Below are positions 1 through 8,942 of a stretch of 32,292 nucleotides of DNA, piece after piece (position 1 is the first letter of the stretch; each line of letters begins with the position of its first letter). The translations under genes and the position numbers were made by a program. The stretch is from contig RDNZ01000030.1 of assembly GCA_011364905.1 (NCBI GenBank), positions 1-32,292 on the forward strand. Direction: 5' to 3'. This stretch comes from Candidatus Thorarchaeota archaeon. Lineage in GTDB: Archaea; Asgardarchaeota; Thorarchaeia; Thorarchaeales; Thorarchaeaceae. A model generated the notes under the pieces. The model worked only from the letters and a program-made list of their open reading frames with translations. It was not told the DNA's origin and made no database searches.

Positions 1-1335
1 GGCAACCTCATAGAGGCCCCATTCACGGTCTATCGTAGCGAGAACTGTCCTCTCACGAGCAAACTTATGCATATCTTCCATCCATGTATCGCGTTGCTTC
101 TTGCTCATCAACCACGAGAGCACAAGTGGATACTTGGTGAATGGCCCCGCATTTGGATGATCAGTACTCATGATACAACGCCAAACATCATCGACACTCA
201 GCGCGAACTCAAGAGGAATTGCCCATTGGACAGAGTTTCCTGCAGCTTTCGGTGAATAAGTATAGGGCACAATTCCAGCACCACCGGGGAGTTCGACATC
301 AACGGCGAGGTTTGTCCACTTCCCTCCGGTAAGCTGATGGAGATAGAATTCGAAGGGTCCATCTCCGGTCATGGTTGTGGCAGGGCCAAATGTGATCTGA
401 CCCATGTCTGCAGTAAAGTGTTTGTTCTTGTTGAAGTACTTCGCGAATTCTAGACCACCAGATTGGATATCCTTCCATTCCTCGCTGTTCTCTTCAACAC
501 TACCAAGGGATTCAAAGGACATGTGTGTGAGATGGCAGATGTGCTTTCTCCCACCATGACCCTTGATGTTTCGGATTGAGTCAAGCTGCTGGATGGTGGT
601 CCTTATGTTGCCAACACGTCCAAGATTGTTAGGGTGATAGTGCATCACATGAGGGAGACCTAATAATTCAACAGCCTGACAAAGCCCTCTCATTACATCT
701 TTGGGTGAAATATCCCAGCCAGGAATCTCTCCCTCAGGGTCTCTGAGATCTACGCCATGCGCCCACGCATAGGTTCCTCCGGGATTCACTACCTTACAAC
801 CCAGACCACCCACCTTTTGATTGATCCATGCAATGTATGCTGCAAGTCCGTTGATATCGCGCTCTTTCACATAGTGGAAGGTGATCATGCTGTTACAGAA
901 CATGGGGAGCAAACCTGAGTTGATATTGTGCAAGTCTTCCATCTCTTCCCATGACCCAAGGCCTTTGAGCGCAGGGAGAGCCGGTTCAATCACAGTGGTG
1001 TAACCCATCGACGAATAACGATAACCAATGACATAGGAGTTAGGCATCGTGTATCCAACACCAGAACGAGTGTACGGGGTCTTCGGAACGGGATCCTTTC
1101 GGTGGTCCTCGGGACACATAGATCGACCAGCACCTACTTTGCTCCCGACAATATGCGAGTGCATGTCGACCCCACCAGCCATCACAAGACGCCCCTTGAG
1201 GTCAATCTTCTTGGCAGACCCATTGACTTTTTCTACAATCTTGCCATCAGATATACAGATGTCTTTGACTTCTCCGTCAACTCCGTTTGCTGGATCGTAG
1301 ACGCGACCATTTGCGAGGATTGTTTTTTTGCTCAT
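1..1335 (-). CDS. fwdA: Formylmethanofuran dehydrogenase subunit A (amidohydrolase), 3' end beyond the window edge
   Basis: Not in the ORF track because its stop lies outside the window. Manual translation from ATG 1335 gives MSKKTILANGRVYDPANGVDGEVKDICISDGKIV...GGVDMHSHIVG...PEDH...GYRYSSMGYTTVIEPA, and the same frame at the window edge reads ...ATIDREWGLYEVA. Start overlaps the fwdB stop (ATGA). Confidence 0.95.
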   Translation of the reverse strand, partial: MSKKTILANGRVYDPANGVDGEVKDICISDGKIVEKVNGSAKKIDLKGRLVMAGGVDMHSHIVGSKVGAGRSMCPEDHRKDPVPKTPYTRSGVGYTMPNSYVIGYRYSSMGYTTVIEPALPALKGLGSWEEMEDLHNINSGLLPMFCNSMITFHYVKERDINGLAAYIAWINQKVGGLGCKVVNPGGTYAWAHGVDLRDPEGEIPGWDISPKDVMRGLCQAVELLGLPHVMHYHPNNLGRVGNIRTTIQQLDSIRNIKGHGGRKHICHLTHMSFESLGSVEENSEEWKDIQSGGLEFAKYFNKNKHFTADMGQITFGPATTMTGDGPFEFYLHQLTGGKWTNLAVDVELPGGAGIVPYTYSPKAAGNSVQWAIPLEFALSVDDVWRCIMSTDHPNAGPFTKYPLVLSWLMSKKQRDTWMEDMHKFARERTVLATIDREWGLYEVA

Positions 1336-2609
1336 TTCTTCATCCTCCTTACTTCTTCATATATCATTCTCAAGACATCACGGTCCGGAAGCATACCTTC
1401 CGGAGGATCAACCACCTTCTTAAGATACAGTGGAAGTCCATCCATTCTTGTGGCCGCGCCATCGCATTCAATACCGGCAATTGCAGTCGGGATGTTGACT
1501 GCTGCCAGAAGTGATGTCATGTTCCGTTTGGGATCTATATTGATAACCGGAATTTTCGAGAGATGTTTTACAGCTTCTTTGGGGAAATGTGCAGCCGGAT
1601 CAGCAGCTATATTGAGAACCGCATCAGGCTCACCCCTCACAAGCATATCAACTGCGGTGTATTCTCCAGGTTGGTATCTTGGATATCCTCTAGCATAGTC
1701 CACTGCATAGGGATAGCCAGTCTGCCATGTTGATGTCTTGTTTGCTCCAGCAACATTATAGTGCCCTCGCATGGGCATCATTCCCCACTTTGTGTAGACG
1801 TTCATGTCTTGAATCAATCTAATTGCGGCATCTATGTTTCTGTGACGACCTTTTGATTGGGTCAGACCCAAACCAAAGAAGAGTACTCCATACTTGGCAT
1901 TCTTCATAGCTTCGACAATCTCTGTCAGCTCTTTGACGGAAATCCCTCCAATCTCATCAACATCGAGCACCTTGCCTCTGGCAATTGCACGAAGTGCACA
2001 GAGGACTTCTAGGTCGGATCCAGGTGCGACTCTTACAAACCTGTTAGCGACCGTAGCGCTGATGGTCTTTCTTACATCAACCACCCAGATCTGACGATCT
2101 TTCTTTCCATCCTTAATGTAGAAACCTGGTGCCCTGGTATAGCGGCTCAAGTGTCGAGGATGAGCGAACTGGGGATTGGAACCCCAATAGATTACCAAGT
2201 CAGCTCTATGACGGGTTTCCGCTAACGCTGCGTGTGCTTCACCCGACTCTTGTGCGCCCAGGATGGTTGGACCGTGACATACAGATGAGGTGTTGTCGAC
2301 TACTCCACCAGCTACTTCTGCAATCTTGTACGCTTCCCGATGGGCATCGTTTTCTGTTGAACTCAAACCGTATACTAACAGTCGTTTAGAGTTGGCAATG
2401 ATTTTAGCTGCTTTCTCTACCAATTCATCAAGCGGGGCATTCATTTCCAATCGGTCATCATGGTGATTCAAGAACTTGGCCTTGCTTATCGCACATCCAT
2501 TCTTGTTCTCTTTGATCTGGTTGCCTTCAAGACCTATTATTATGTCGTCACAAAGGCACCCGCAGAAGGGACACACGATGTGCTCTTTCATGTCAGTGTC
2601 TTCAACCAT
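1332..2609 (-). CDS. fwdB: Formylmethanofuran dehydrogenase subunit B (Mo/W-bisPGD)
   Basis: CPFCGCLCDD 4Fe-4S motif, SSVCHGP metal-ligand Cys, HPRH, MRGHYNVAG and TGYP motifs; lies between fwdD and fwdA. Confidence 0.95.
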   Translation of the reverse strand: MVEDTDMKEHIVCPFCGCLCDDIIIGLEGNQIKENKNGCAISKAKFLNHHDDRLEMNAPLDELVEKAAKIIANSKRLLVYGLSSTENDAHREAYKIAEVAGGVVDNTSSVCHGPTILGAQESGEAHAALAETRHRADLVIYWGSNPQFAHPRHLSRYTRAPGFYIKDGKKDRQIWVVDVRKTISATVANRFVRVAPGSDLEVLCALRAIARGKVLDVDEIGGISVKELTEIVEAMKNAKYGVLFFGLGLTQSKGRHRNIDAAIRLIQDMNVYTKWGMMPMRGHYNVAGANKTSTWQTGYPYAVDYARGYPRYQPGEYTAVDMLVRGEPDAVLNIAADPAAHFPKEAVKHLSKIPVINIDPKRNMTSLLAAVNIPTAIAGIECDGAATRMDGLPLYLKKVVDPPEGMLPDRDVLRMIYEEVRRMKK

Positions 2610-3019
2610 TATGCTCCCTCCACCATTTTCTTGAGCAGTTTCTCCACATCAAGAACCGTCTTACCTTTGGCGGCAAACAATTGCGCCGTTATTCCCTTGA
2701 ACTTGGGCATCCCTGTGCTCTCTGTTTCAGACCCTATGACAGCGTTGGCATAAGGACCACATGGTATGAATACCACCCCAGGTTCAGCCCTTCGATCAAC
2801 CTTACTAGACACGATTACACTGCCATACTGTGTTTCTACAAGGACAGGGTCCCCTTCTTCCAAACCTAGACTCTCAAGAGTGACTGTGTCCATTTCGCAA
2901 TATGCAACTTCCTTCAAATACTCTGGACCAAGCTTCCCTAGCTCCATAGCGCGACCTTGCTTTAACGTCCGACCTGAAGTTAGCAAAGCTTCTACTCCGA
3001 CACGACTCATGCAAGACAT
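2609..3019 (-). CDS. fwdD: Formylmethanofuran dehydrogenase subunit D (molybdopterin dinucleotide-binding)
   Basis: SGRTLKQG, GVVFIPCGPYAN and TGMPKFKG motifs; stop overlaps the fwdB start. True start may be ATG 3010. Confidence 0.92.
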   Translation of the reverse strand: MSCMSRVGVEALLTSGRTLKQGRAMELGKLGPEYLKEVAYCEMDTVTLESLGLEEGDPVLVETQYGSVIVSSKVDRRAEPGVVFIPCGPYANAVIGSETESTGMPKFKGITAQLFAAKGKTVLDVEKLLKKMVEGA

Positions 3020-3097
3020 CTCCGGAAACGTATGATTTCACAAATCAAACGGCAATAAGAATTCTTGGGGAACAACACTGTTTATGAGAGCGTATGA

Positions 3098-3178
3098 AGT
3101 AGGGACATGGAGGGGGTTCCAATCCTTTCAGATTGTCATCCATAGCGCAACTTCTATTTTTTGCTCCACATCCCTACT
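3098..3178 (-). ncRNA. Candidate structured RNA or leader upstream of fwdDBA
   Basis: 15-bp outer stem (3098-3112 with 3164-3178) whose two non-Watson-Crick pairs are G-U only on the minus strand; inner CAAUCU-GAAA-GGAUUG hairpin (3120-3135); AT-rich TATA-like tract near 3199-3211. Confidence 0.4.
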
Positions 3179-3383
3179 ACTGAGGTGCGAACAAACCGAT
3201 TATTTACATTAATGTGTACGAAGACACACCATAAAACTGGAGAATTGTTCAAAAACATCTTTTAATAAAACGCTGTATCGTCTTATCGGAGTATTACATC
3301 TGCCACTTCGAAGCCTTTATCAGACAAAGAGCGCGGAGGGCGCCAAGAGTGCTCTCGTTACGACTAGGTTGTTGATTGATACT

Positions 3384-4358
3384 ATGACAGTAGATAAGAA
3401 AACGCTAAAGGAACTCTATACTAGAACCCTGAAAGTGCGTAGATTCGAGGAAAAAGTCTGGGACTTGTTTGGTGAGAATGTAGTTCCTGGGACCCTCCAT
3501 CTCTATTTGGGCCAAGAAGCTGTCGCAGCTGGGGTCACGACAGCCCTCAAGAAAACAGATTGGATCCAGAGCACTCATAGAGGGCATGGCCATGTTGTCG
3601 CTAAGGGGGCAGACATGAATGCGGCCCTTGCAGAGTTGCTTGGAAAAGAAACGGGATCCTGCAAAGGAAAAGGCGGTTCTATGCACATCACACAGTTTAA
3701 TGTTGGTGTGCTTGGGGCCACCGGAGTCGTTGCTTCAGGTCTCCCGATTGCTGTTGGTGCTGCCTTGTCATGTCAAATGAGAGGCACTGATGATGTTGTG
3801 GCATGTTTCTTTGGAGATGGTGCATCAAACAATGGAACCTTTGGTGAGTCGCTCAATATGTCAGCAATCTGGAAACTACCGTTAATCTGGATTGTCGAAA
3901 ACAACCTGTATGCTATGGGAACACCTATCAAAATGATGTGCCCAAGCGCAACAATTGCACAGAGAGCTGATGGCTATTGCATCCCGAATGTTGTTGTGGA
4001 CGGAAACAACGCGCTTGCCGTCTACGAGGCGACTGTTGAGGCAGTCAAACGAGCCAGAGCAGGAGAAGGACCCACACTAATCGAGTGCCAGACATACAGA
4101 ATGAAAGGACATTCACGATTTGATGCTGCAAAGTACAGACCAGAAAAAGAAACAAAATACTGGCTCAGCGAAGAACGAGATGCAGTCAGAATAATCAGAG
4201 AGATGGCGATCGAACAGGGTGCATTGACTGAGACACAAGCTGAGAAGATTGATGCCAAGATTTCAAAAGATGTTGAAAAAGCTGCAGACTTCGCCAAGAA
4301 ATCAGACTTTCCAAAACCCGAGGAAACACTGGACGATGTCTTTGCGGAGGTGGCATAG
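3384..4358 (+). CDS. TPP-dependent 2-oxoacid/acetoin dehydrogenase E1 alpha (PdhA/AcoA-like)
   Basis: HLYLGQEA, STHRGHGH, KGKGGSMH, GDGASNNG...ENN TPP motif, TYRMKGHS. ATG 3384 preferred over TTG 3369. Confidence 0.93.
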   Translation: MTVDKKTLKELYTRTLKVRRFEEKVWDLFGENVVPGTLHLYLGQEAVAAGVTTALKKTDWIQSTHRGHGHVVAKGADMNAALAELLGKETGSCKGKGGSMHITQFNVGVLGATGVVASGLPIAVGAALSCQMRGTDDVVACFFGDGASNNGTFGESLNMSAIWKLPLIWIVENNLYAMGTPIKMMCPSATIAQRADGYCIPNVVVDGNNALAVYEATVEAVKRARAGEGPTLIECQTYRMKGHSRFDAAKYRPEKETKYWLSEERDAVRIIREMAIEQGALTETQAEKIDAKISKDVEKAADFAKKSDFPKPEETLDDVFAEVA

Positions 4359-5333
4359 ATGCCAGAGAAGACATATAGAGACGCTCTCAAAGATGGACTC
4401 CGTGAGGAGATGATTAGGGACGAACGTGTCTTCATTATGGGGGAAGATGTTGGTCTGAACTGGGGTGGCGCATTTAAGGTAACAAAAGGACTTGCAGATG
4501 AGTTTGGCGAGGCTAGAGTACGAGACACGCCCATATCTGAGAACACCATTGCAGGCACAGCTGTGGGTGCCGCCATTACTGGGATGATCCCTGTAGCAGA
4601 GATCATGTTTGGGGACCTCATCACACTTGCGATGGACCAAGTCTGCAATCAAGCTGCGAAGATGAGATACATGTTTGGCGGGCAAACATCTGTACCATTG
4701 GTTCTTCGTACTGTCTTTGGCGGGGGTAAAAACATTGCATCACATCACTCGCAGAGCCTAGAGTCCTGGTTCATGCACACACCAGGTCTCAAGATAGCAG
4801 TTCCTGCGTTTGCATATGACGTAAAGGGCCTCATCAAGACAGCCATCAGAGACCCCAATCCTGTGTTATTCCTTGAGCACAAACTCGTTTACGACAAGAA
4901 GGAAGATGTACCTGATGAGGACTACACCGTCCCATTTGGCCAAGCTAAGGTGAGGAGAGAGGGTGAAGATGTGACAGTCTGGGGGACCTTTTTCATGCTT
5001 CATAAAGCTCTAGAAGTGGCTGATGAACTCGCCAAAGATGGCATAAGTGTAGAGGTTATCGACCCACGGACACTGGCACCATTGGACAAGAAAACTCTTA
5101 TCGAGTCAGTCAAGAAGACAGGCAGATTAGTCCTCGTGACTGAGGAAACCAAGACAGGAGCGACAACCGCGGAAATCGCAGCCACTGTCCAAGAGGAGGC
5201 TTTTGACTGGTTGGATGCTCCAATAAAGAGAGTGAATGCTCCTGATACACCAGTTCCATTCAGTCCACCACTTGAGGGCTATTTCATTCCGGATAACAAG
5301 CGTATAGCCCAAGCGATTCGAGAGATTGTATAG
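4359..5333 (+). CDS. 2-oxoacid/acetoin dehydrogenase E1 beta (PdhB/AcoB-like)
   Basis: GEDVG, DTPISE, NQAAK, HSQSLE and DPRTLAPLD motifs; abuts the E1 alpha gene. Confidence 0.95.
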   Translation: MPEKTYRDALKDGLREEMIRDERVFIMGEDVGLNWGGAFKVTKGLADEFGEARVRDTPISENTIAGTAVGAAITGMIPVAEIMFGDLITLAMDQVCNQAAKMRYMFGGQTSVPLVLRTVFGGGKNIASHHSQSLESWFMHTPGLKIAVPAFAYDVKGLIKTAIRDPNPVLFLEHKLVYDKKEDVPDEDYTVPFGQAKVRREGEDVTVWGTFFMLHKALEVADELAKDGISVEVIDPRTLAPLDKKTLIESVKKTGRLVLVTEETKTGATTAEIAATVQEEAFDWLDAPIKRVNAPDTPVPFSPPLEGYFIPDNKRIAQAIREIV

Positions 5334-5342
5334 GTGAAGTAA

Positions 5343-6578
5343 ATGGTATCAACCATGATAATGCAACGTATGAGCGTAGCAATGGAGTATGGCGTCATTC
5401 TCAAGTGGCTAAAAAAAGAAGGCGATACTGTAAAGCAGGGAGAACCTATTGTAGAGATTTTTGGTGAGAAGAACGAGTTCGAGCTGGAGGCACCAGCAGA
5501 CGGAGTCCTGCTCAAGATTCTATGCGATGTCGATGATGAGATTCCTATCAGTGAACCAATTGCCTACATTGGAAAGAAAGACGAAAAAGTTCCAGATGTC
5601 ATGCCAAGAAAGTTGAATGAGTCCGCTGCAATTGCGCCTACTACTCTTTCAGCAGCACCGGTAGTTGCCCCACTAGGAACGAAGACCTCCGCAAAAGCAG
5701 GAGCAGCAGTTGCTGAAACTCGTCTACCAAGTGGGAAGATCAAAGCTTCACCTCGTGCAAAGAAGAGAGCAGAGGAAATGGGAATCGACCTGGCCATACT
5801 GGTCGGAAGTGGACCCAATGGGAGGATAGTAGAGAAGGATGTACTTGCTGCACAAAGCCTTCCTCAGGCTACGATTTCAGATGAACGGAAAATCAAACAA
5901 GTCACATCTATGACACCACTGCGAAGGACTATTGCACGAAGAATGACCCAGAGCTCTCAGAATCCGCACATCACTATGATCACCGAGATTGATATGACTG
6001 AAGTCGTGCAGCTGCGAGCGGAGATTAATGAACGTGTGGAGAAAAAACACGGAGTCAGAGTGTCTTTCAATGACATTATTGTGAAAGCAGTAGCGGACGT
6101 ACTAGAAAGATTTCCAAAGTTCAATGCAACCCTCTCAGGCAACGACCTATTCATATTTGATGAGATAAACATAGGAGTAGCGATGGCGACTGAGGAGGGT
6201 TTAATCGTACCAACTGTGAGAAGCGCCAACAAGAAATCAATCACGGAGATAGCGCTTGAAACAAAGGACTTTGGTGCTCGAGCAAAGAAAAACGAGTTAA
6301 AACCCGAAGAACTCACGGGAAGCACATTCACCGTTTCCAATCTTGGCCCCTTCTATGTGGACTTGTTTATCCCAGTCATTAATCCACCAGAATCGGCGAT
6401 TCTTGCACTTGGGCAGATCAAGAAGAAACCGGTTGTCATCGAGGATACGATAGCTATTAGATCAACTATGATGGCAAGCTGTGCCGTCGACCACAGAGTT
6501 CTGGATGGTGCTCCTGCAGGACAGTTCCTTGCTGCTCTCAAGGAAACTCTAGAGAATCCATTCATGATGAAAATCTAG
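5343..6578 (+). CDS. Dihydrolipoamide acyltransferase E2 (one lipoyl domain, subunit-binding domain, catalytic domain)
   Basis: N-terminal lipoyl domain (WLKKEGDTVKQGEPIVEIFGEK), ASPRAKK...GSGPNGRI binding domain, TFTVSNLG, DHRVLDG catalytic His. Confidence 0.93.
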   Translation: MVSTMIMQRMSVAMEYGVILKWLKKEGDTVKQGEPIVEIFGEKNEFELEAPADGVLLKILCDVDDEIPISEPIAYIGKKDEKVPDVMPRKLNESAAIAPTTLSAAPVVAPLGTKTSAKAGAAVAETRLPSGKIKASPRAKKRAEEMGIDLAILVGSGPNGRIVEKDVLAAQSLPQATISDERKIKQVTSMTPLRRTIARRMTQSSQNPHITMITEIDMTEVVQLRAEINERVEKKHGVRVSFNDIIVKAVADVLERFPKFNATLSGNDLFIFDEINIGVAMATEEGLIVPTVRSANKKSITEIALETKDFGARAKKNELKPEELTGSTFTVSNLGPFYVDLFIPVINPPESAILALGQIKKKPVVIEDTIAIRSTMMASCAVDHRVLDGAPAGQFLAALKETLENPFMMKI

Positions 6579-6579
6579 A

Positions 6580-6981
6580 CTACCTGGGAGAACGAGGCCC
6601 TATAGTCTCTGTGTTAACAATCCTCTTCATCCCTTGAAGAAATGCCATGAGATGTCTGTATTTCTGCAATGCTTGCCCAATGTTGCCTATACAGAAGAAG
6701 GGAAGCTCTTTGCTAAGCTTCGGACAAAGTTTGGGGTAAAAGACATTGACATGTTTGATCTCGGCATCAGAAGGACTGAGCACAAAGCAATCTGGCATTA
6801 TATTCGGAAAGTTGGTTAGGTCAATGAAGAGGTGATAGGGTATCTTTGTTTTGTTTCCTTGACCCTTTATCCCATCTAAAACCATGGTTACTGCGAAAAC
6901 AAAATCACCCTTTTGTGCAACAGGCTTCAAAGTCGGAAAGACCTCCTTTGTTTCCTCAATTTGCTGTATATGTACCGGCAT
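6580..6981 (-). CDS. Hypothetical protein with ubiquitin-conjugating enzyme (UBC/E2)-like motifs
   Basis: NFPNIMPDCFVL resembles DYPFKPPKVRF; IKHVNV resembles IYHPNV; Cys86 and Cys97 (FFCIG resembles KICLD); C-terminal amphipathic helix followed by GPRSP. Confidence 0.6.
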   Translation of the reverse strand: MPVHIQQIEETKEVFPTLKPVAQKGDFVFAVTMVLDGIKGQGNKTKIPYHLFIDLTNFPNIMPDCFVLSPSDAEIKHVNVFYPKLCPKLSKELPFFCIGNIGQALQKYRHLMAFLQGMKRIVNTETIGPRSPR

Positions 6982-7105
6982 GTCATAACTCCCTTCGAAA
7001 TTGCAATTCCAGACTTAGAAATGGGAGTGTATAAGTATTCTTTCCTGATGGGACTTCATGTTATTCCAAAGTATTATTTTCATTCAAACAAGAATCTTAC
7101 TCGAG

Positions 7106-7426
7106 ATGATTCATACACAGACTTGTCCCAAATGCGGGAGCAATAGAATCGCTGGTCCTCACAAGATAGCAGGACAGCACTATGTCAGAATCGACTTGCC
7201 TGGTTTTTCAACTGCTACATTGGAGAGTTTCACATGCGCTGACTGTGGATTCACAGAGCTATATGCAGACCAAGTAGGACTTCGGAATATCAATAATTCA
7301 GGGCGATTTGTTCTGGGTTCAGCACAACAAGAGCAGCAATTTGAGAAACGAACATGTCCATACTGCGGTTGTGAGTTGAGACCGGGTTCAATGACCTGTC
7401 ATGAATGTGGCCAGTTCATCTCATGA
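7106..7426 (+). CDS. Double zinc-ribbon protein
   Basis: CPKC...CADCGFTELY and CPYC...CHEC pairs; ATG 7106 preferred over 7058. Confidence 0.8.
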   Translation: MIHTQTCPKCGSNRIAGPHKIAGQHYVRIDLPGFSTATLESFTCADCGFTELYADQVGLRNINNSGRFVLGSAQQEQQFEKRTCPYCGCELRPGSMTCHECGQFIS

Positions 7427-7478
7427 TTTTCAGAGGTTGATTTCACGGGGACCTTATATTATTGGGAGCAAACCCTGT

Positions 7479-7623
7479 GTTGACACGAATGAATCGTGTC
7501 AGCCTCGAATACGACATCTGCTCCAAGCCTCACCTGTTGCTCTGAGGCCTTCGGCCGGTGGCGAGCAACCTATTTAGGCCATCGGCTAACCTGCTAATCA
7601 GATAGGTACAACAAGCTAATCAG
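7479..7623 (+). ncRNA. Candidate structured RNA or 5' leader upstream of lplA
   Basis: TTATATTA at 7454-7461; hairpins 7479-7503 (10 bp, G-U on the + strand), 7536-7569 and 7569-7606; GCTAATCAG repeated at 7593 and 7615. Confidence 0.35.
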
Positions 7624-7668
7624 GGATAGCGTATAGTAAGAGGAAAGGAGTAGACGAGAGTAGAGCTG

Positions 7669-8484
7669 ATGACCTGGCGCCTTATTCATGAGAATAGCAC
7701 AGATATTTACCGTAACCTTGCAGTTGATGAAGCAGTAGCTAGATCCAAAGCTGATCAGGAAGGAGTATCAAACTCACTTCGGTTTTGGCGCGCAAAGAGA
7801 GCAGTTGTGATTGGTCGGTTTCAGTGTGTCCATAAAGAGGTAGACTTGGCATACTGCAAGGAGAACAAAATTGGTATCGCCAGACGATTTACAGGCGGAG
7901 GTTCAGTCTATCACGATTTGGGCAACTTGAATTTCTCAATCTGTGTAGGTCGAGATGAGGACTATGTCCCAAGGACTTTGAAAGAAATATATGATCTATT
8001 CATTGGGAACATTTCTGCAGCTCTGCAATCACTTGGAGTCCCAACTAGATATGACCCAGTGCGATCATGTATCAGAATCAGTGACCTTAAAATCACCGGG
8101 ACAGCTGGATGGCTCAAGAGGGGGACTGCCTTCCTACATGGAACTCTCTTAGTCAAAGCCAATCTTGAGATGCTTGCCCAGAGCTTGGCTCCTCCGGCTC
8201 ACCAACCAGTTTTTCTCCGAGATAGAACAAGGGTTCGATGCATGGACAGCAAACGTGACTATGTGACAAACATTTCAGACCAGGTTGATGATTGCCCTTC
8301 AAAGGATGAAATCAAGAATGCAATAGTTCAGAGCCTAGAGAAGATATCAAATCAGAGGTTCCATAGTGGAGTTTTAACAAAAGAAGAGAAAGACACTGCA
8401 GAGGCTTTATATCAGAGTCGCTATTCCCAGACTGAGTGGAATCTGGGAACACCAGCTCAAAGAGATCGAGGAATAACAAAATGA
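7669..8484 (+). CDS. lplA: Lipoate-protein ligase A family, catalytic domain only
   Basis: NLAVDEA, RRFTGGGSVYHDLGNLNFS, KITGTA and HGTLL motifs; no C-terminal LplA domain. Confidence 0.9.
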   Translation: MTWRLIHENSTDIYRNLAVDEAVARSKADQEGVSNSLRFWRAKRAVVIGRFQCVHKEVDLAYCKENKIGIARRFTGGGSVYHDLGNLNFSICVGRDEDYVPRTLKEIYDLFIGNISAALQSLGVPTRYDPVRSCIRISDLKITGTAGWLKRGTAFLHGTLLVKANLEMLAQSLAPPAHQPVFLRDRTRVRCMDSKRDYVTNISDQVDDCPSKDEIKNAIVQSLEKISNQRFHSGVLTKEEKDTAEALYQSRYSQTEWNLGTPAQRDRGITK

Positions 8485-8831
8485 CTGATGACGTTGAAAA
8501 GACCCTAAAGAGTTTCATGAAGCACTTTGGTGCTCTCAACCGAGATATTCCTGAAACAAGAAATGCATTCACAGACCTCCAGAAGACGGTGCATAAGGAT
8601 GGCGCTCTCTCTGCGAAATTCAAAGAAATGATCTGCATAGTTGCTTCGATCCTCGACCCATGTGAGGAATGCATGGTCTACCACACTAAACAAGCGCTCA
8701 CACTTGGGGCAACACGAGAAGAAATCATGGAAGCCTGCTCAGTTGCAATAGTCATGGGCGGCGGTCCCGCAGCTTCACACATTGCAACAGTTCAAGACTG
8801 CCTTGACACATGGGCTCCTAGGACGAAGTAG
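8481..8831 (+). CDS. Carboxymuconolactone decarboxylase / AhpD-like protein with CxxC
   Basis: GALSAKFKEMI...CEECMVYH...GATREEIMEA...MGGGP. ATG 8481 overlaps the lplA stop (ATGA). Confidence 0.9.
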   Translation: MTDDVEKTLKSFMKHFGALNRDIPETRNAFTDLQKTVHKDGALSAKFKEMICIVASILDPCEECMVYHTKQALTLGATREEIMEACSVAIVMGGGPAASHIATVQDCLDTWAPRTK

Positions 8832-8942
8832 GGCCACTAACACAGAAAAAAATCGCAGGCGTGGAATCTCTACAAAAGAAATAGTAATGCTCACAGCTCC
8901 TGATGCAAAGATCATTATTCGACTTCAGTAGTAATTCTGCTT

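Noticed and set aside
1332-2609. Selenocysteine-type FwdB with SECIS
   Set aside because: The metal-ligand position is Cys (SSVCHGP) and there is no in-frame TGA.
3120-3145. Hammerhead ribozyme or box C/D sRNA (GAUGA...GAA, CUGA)
   Set aside because: The CUGAUGA core and properly spaced C/D boxes are not present.
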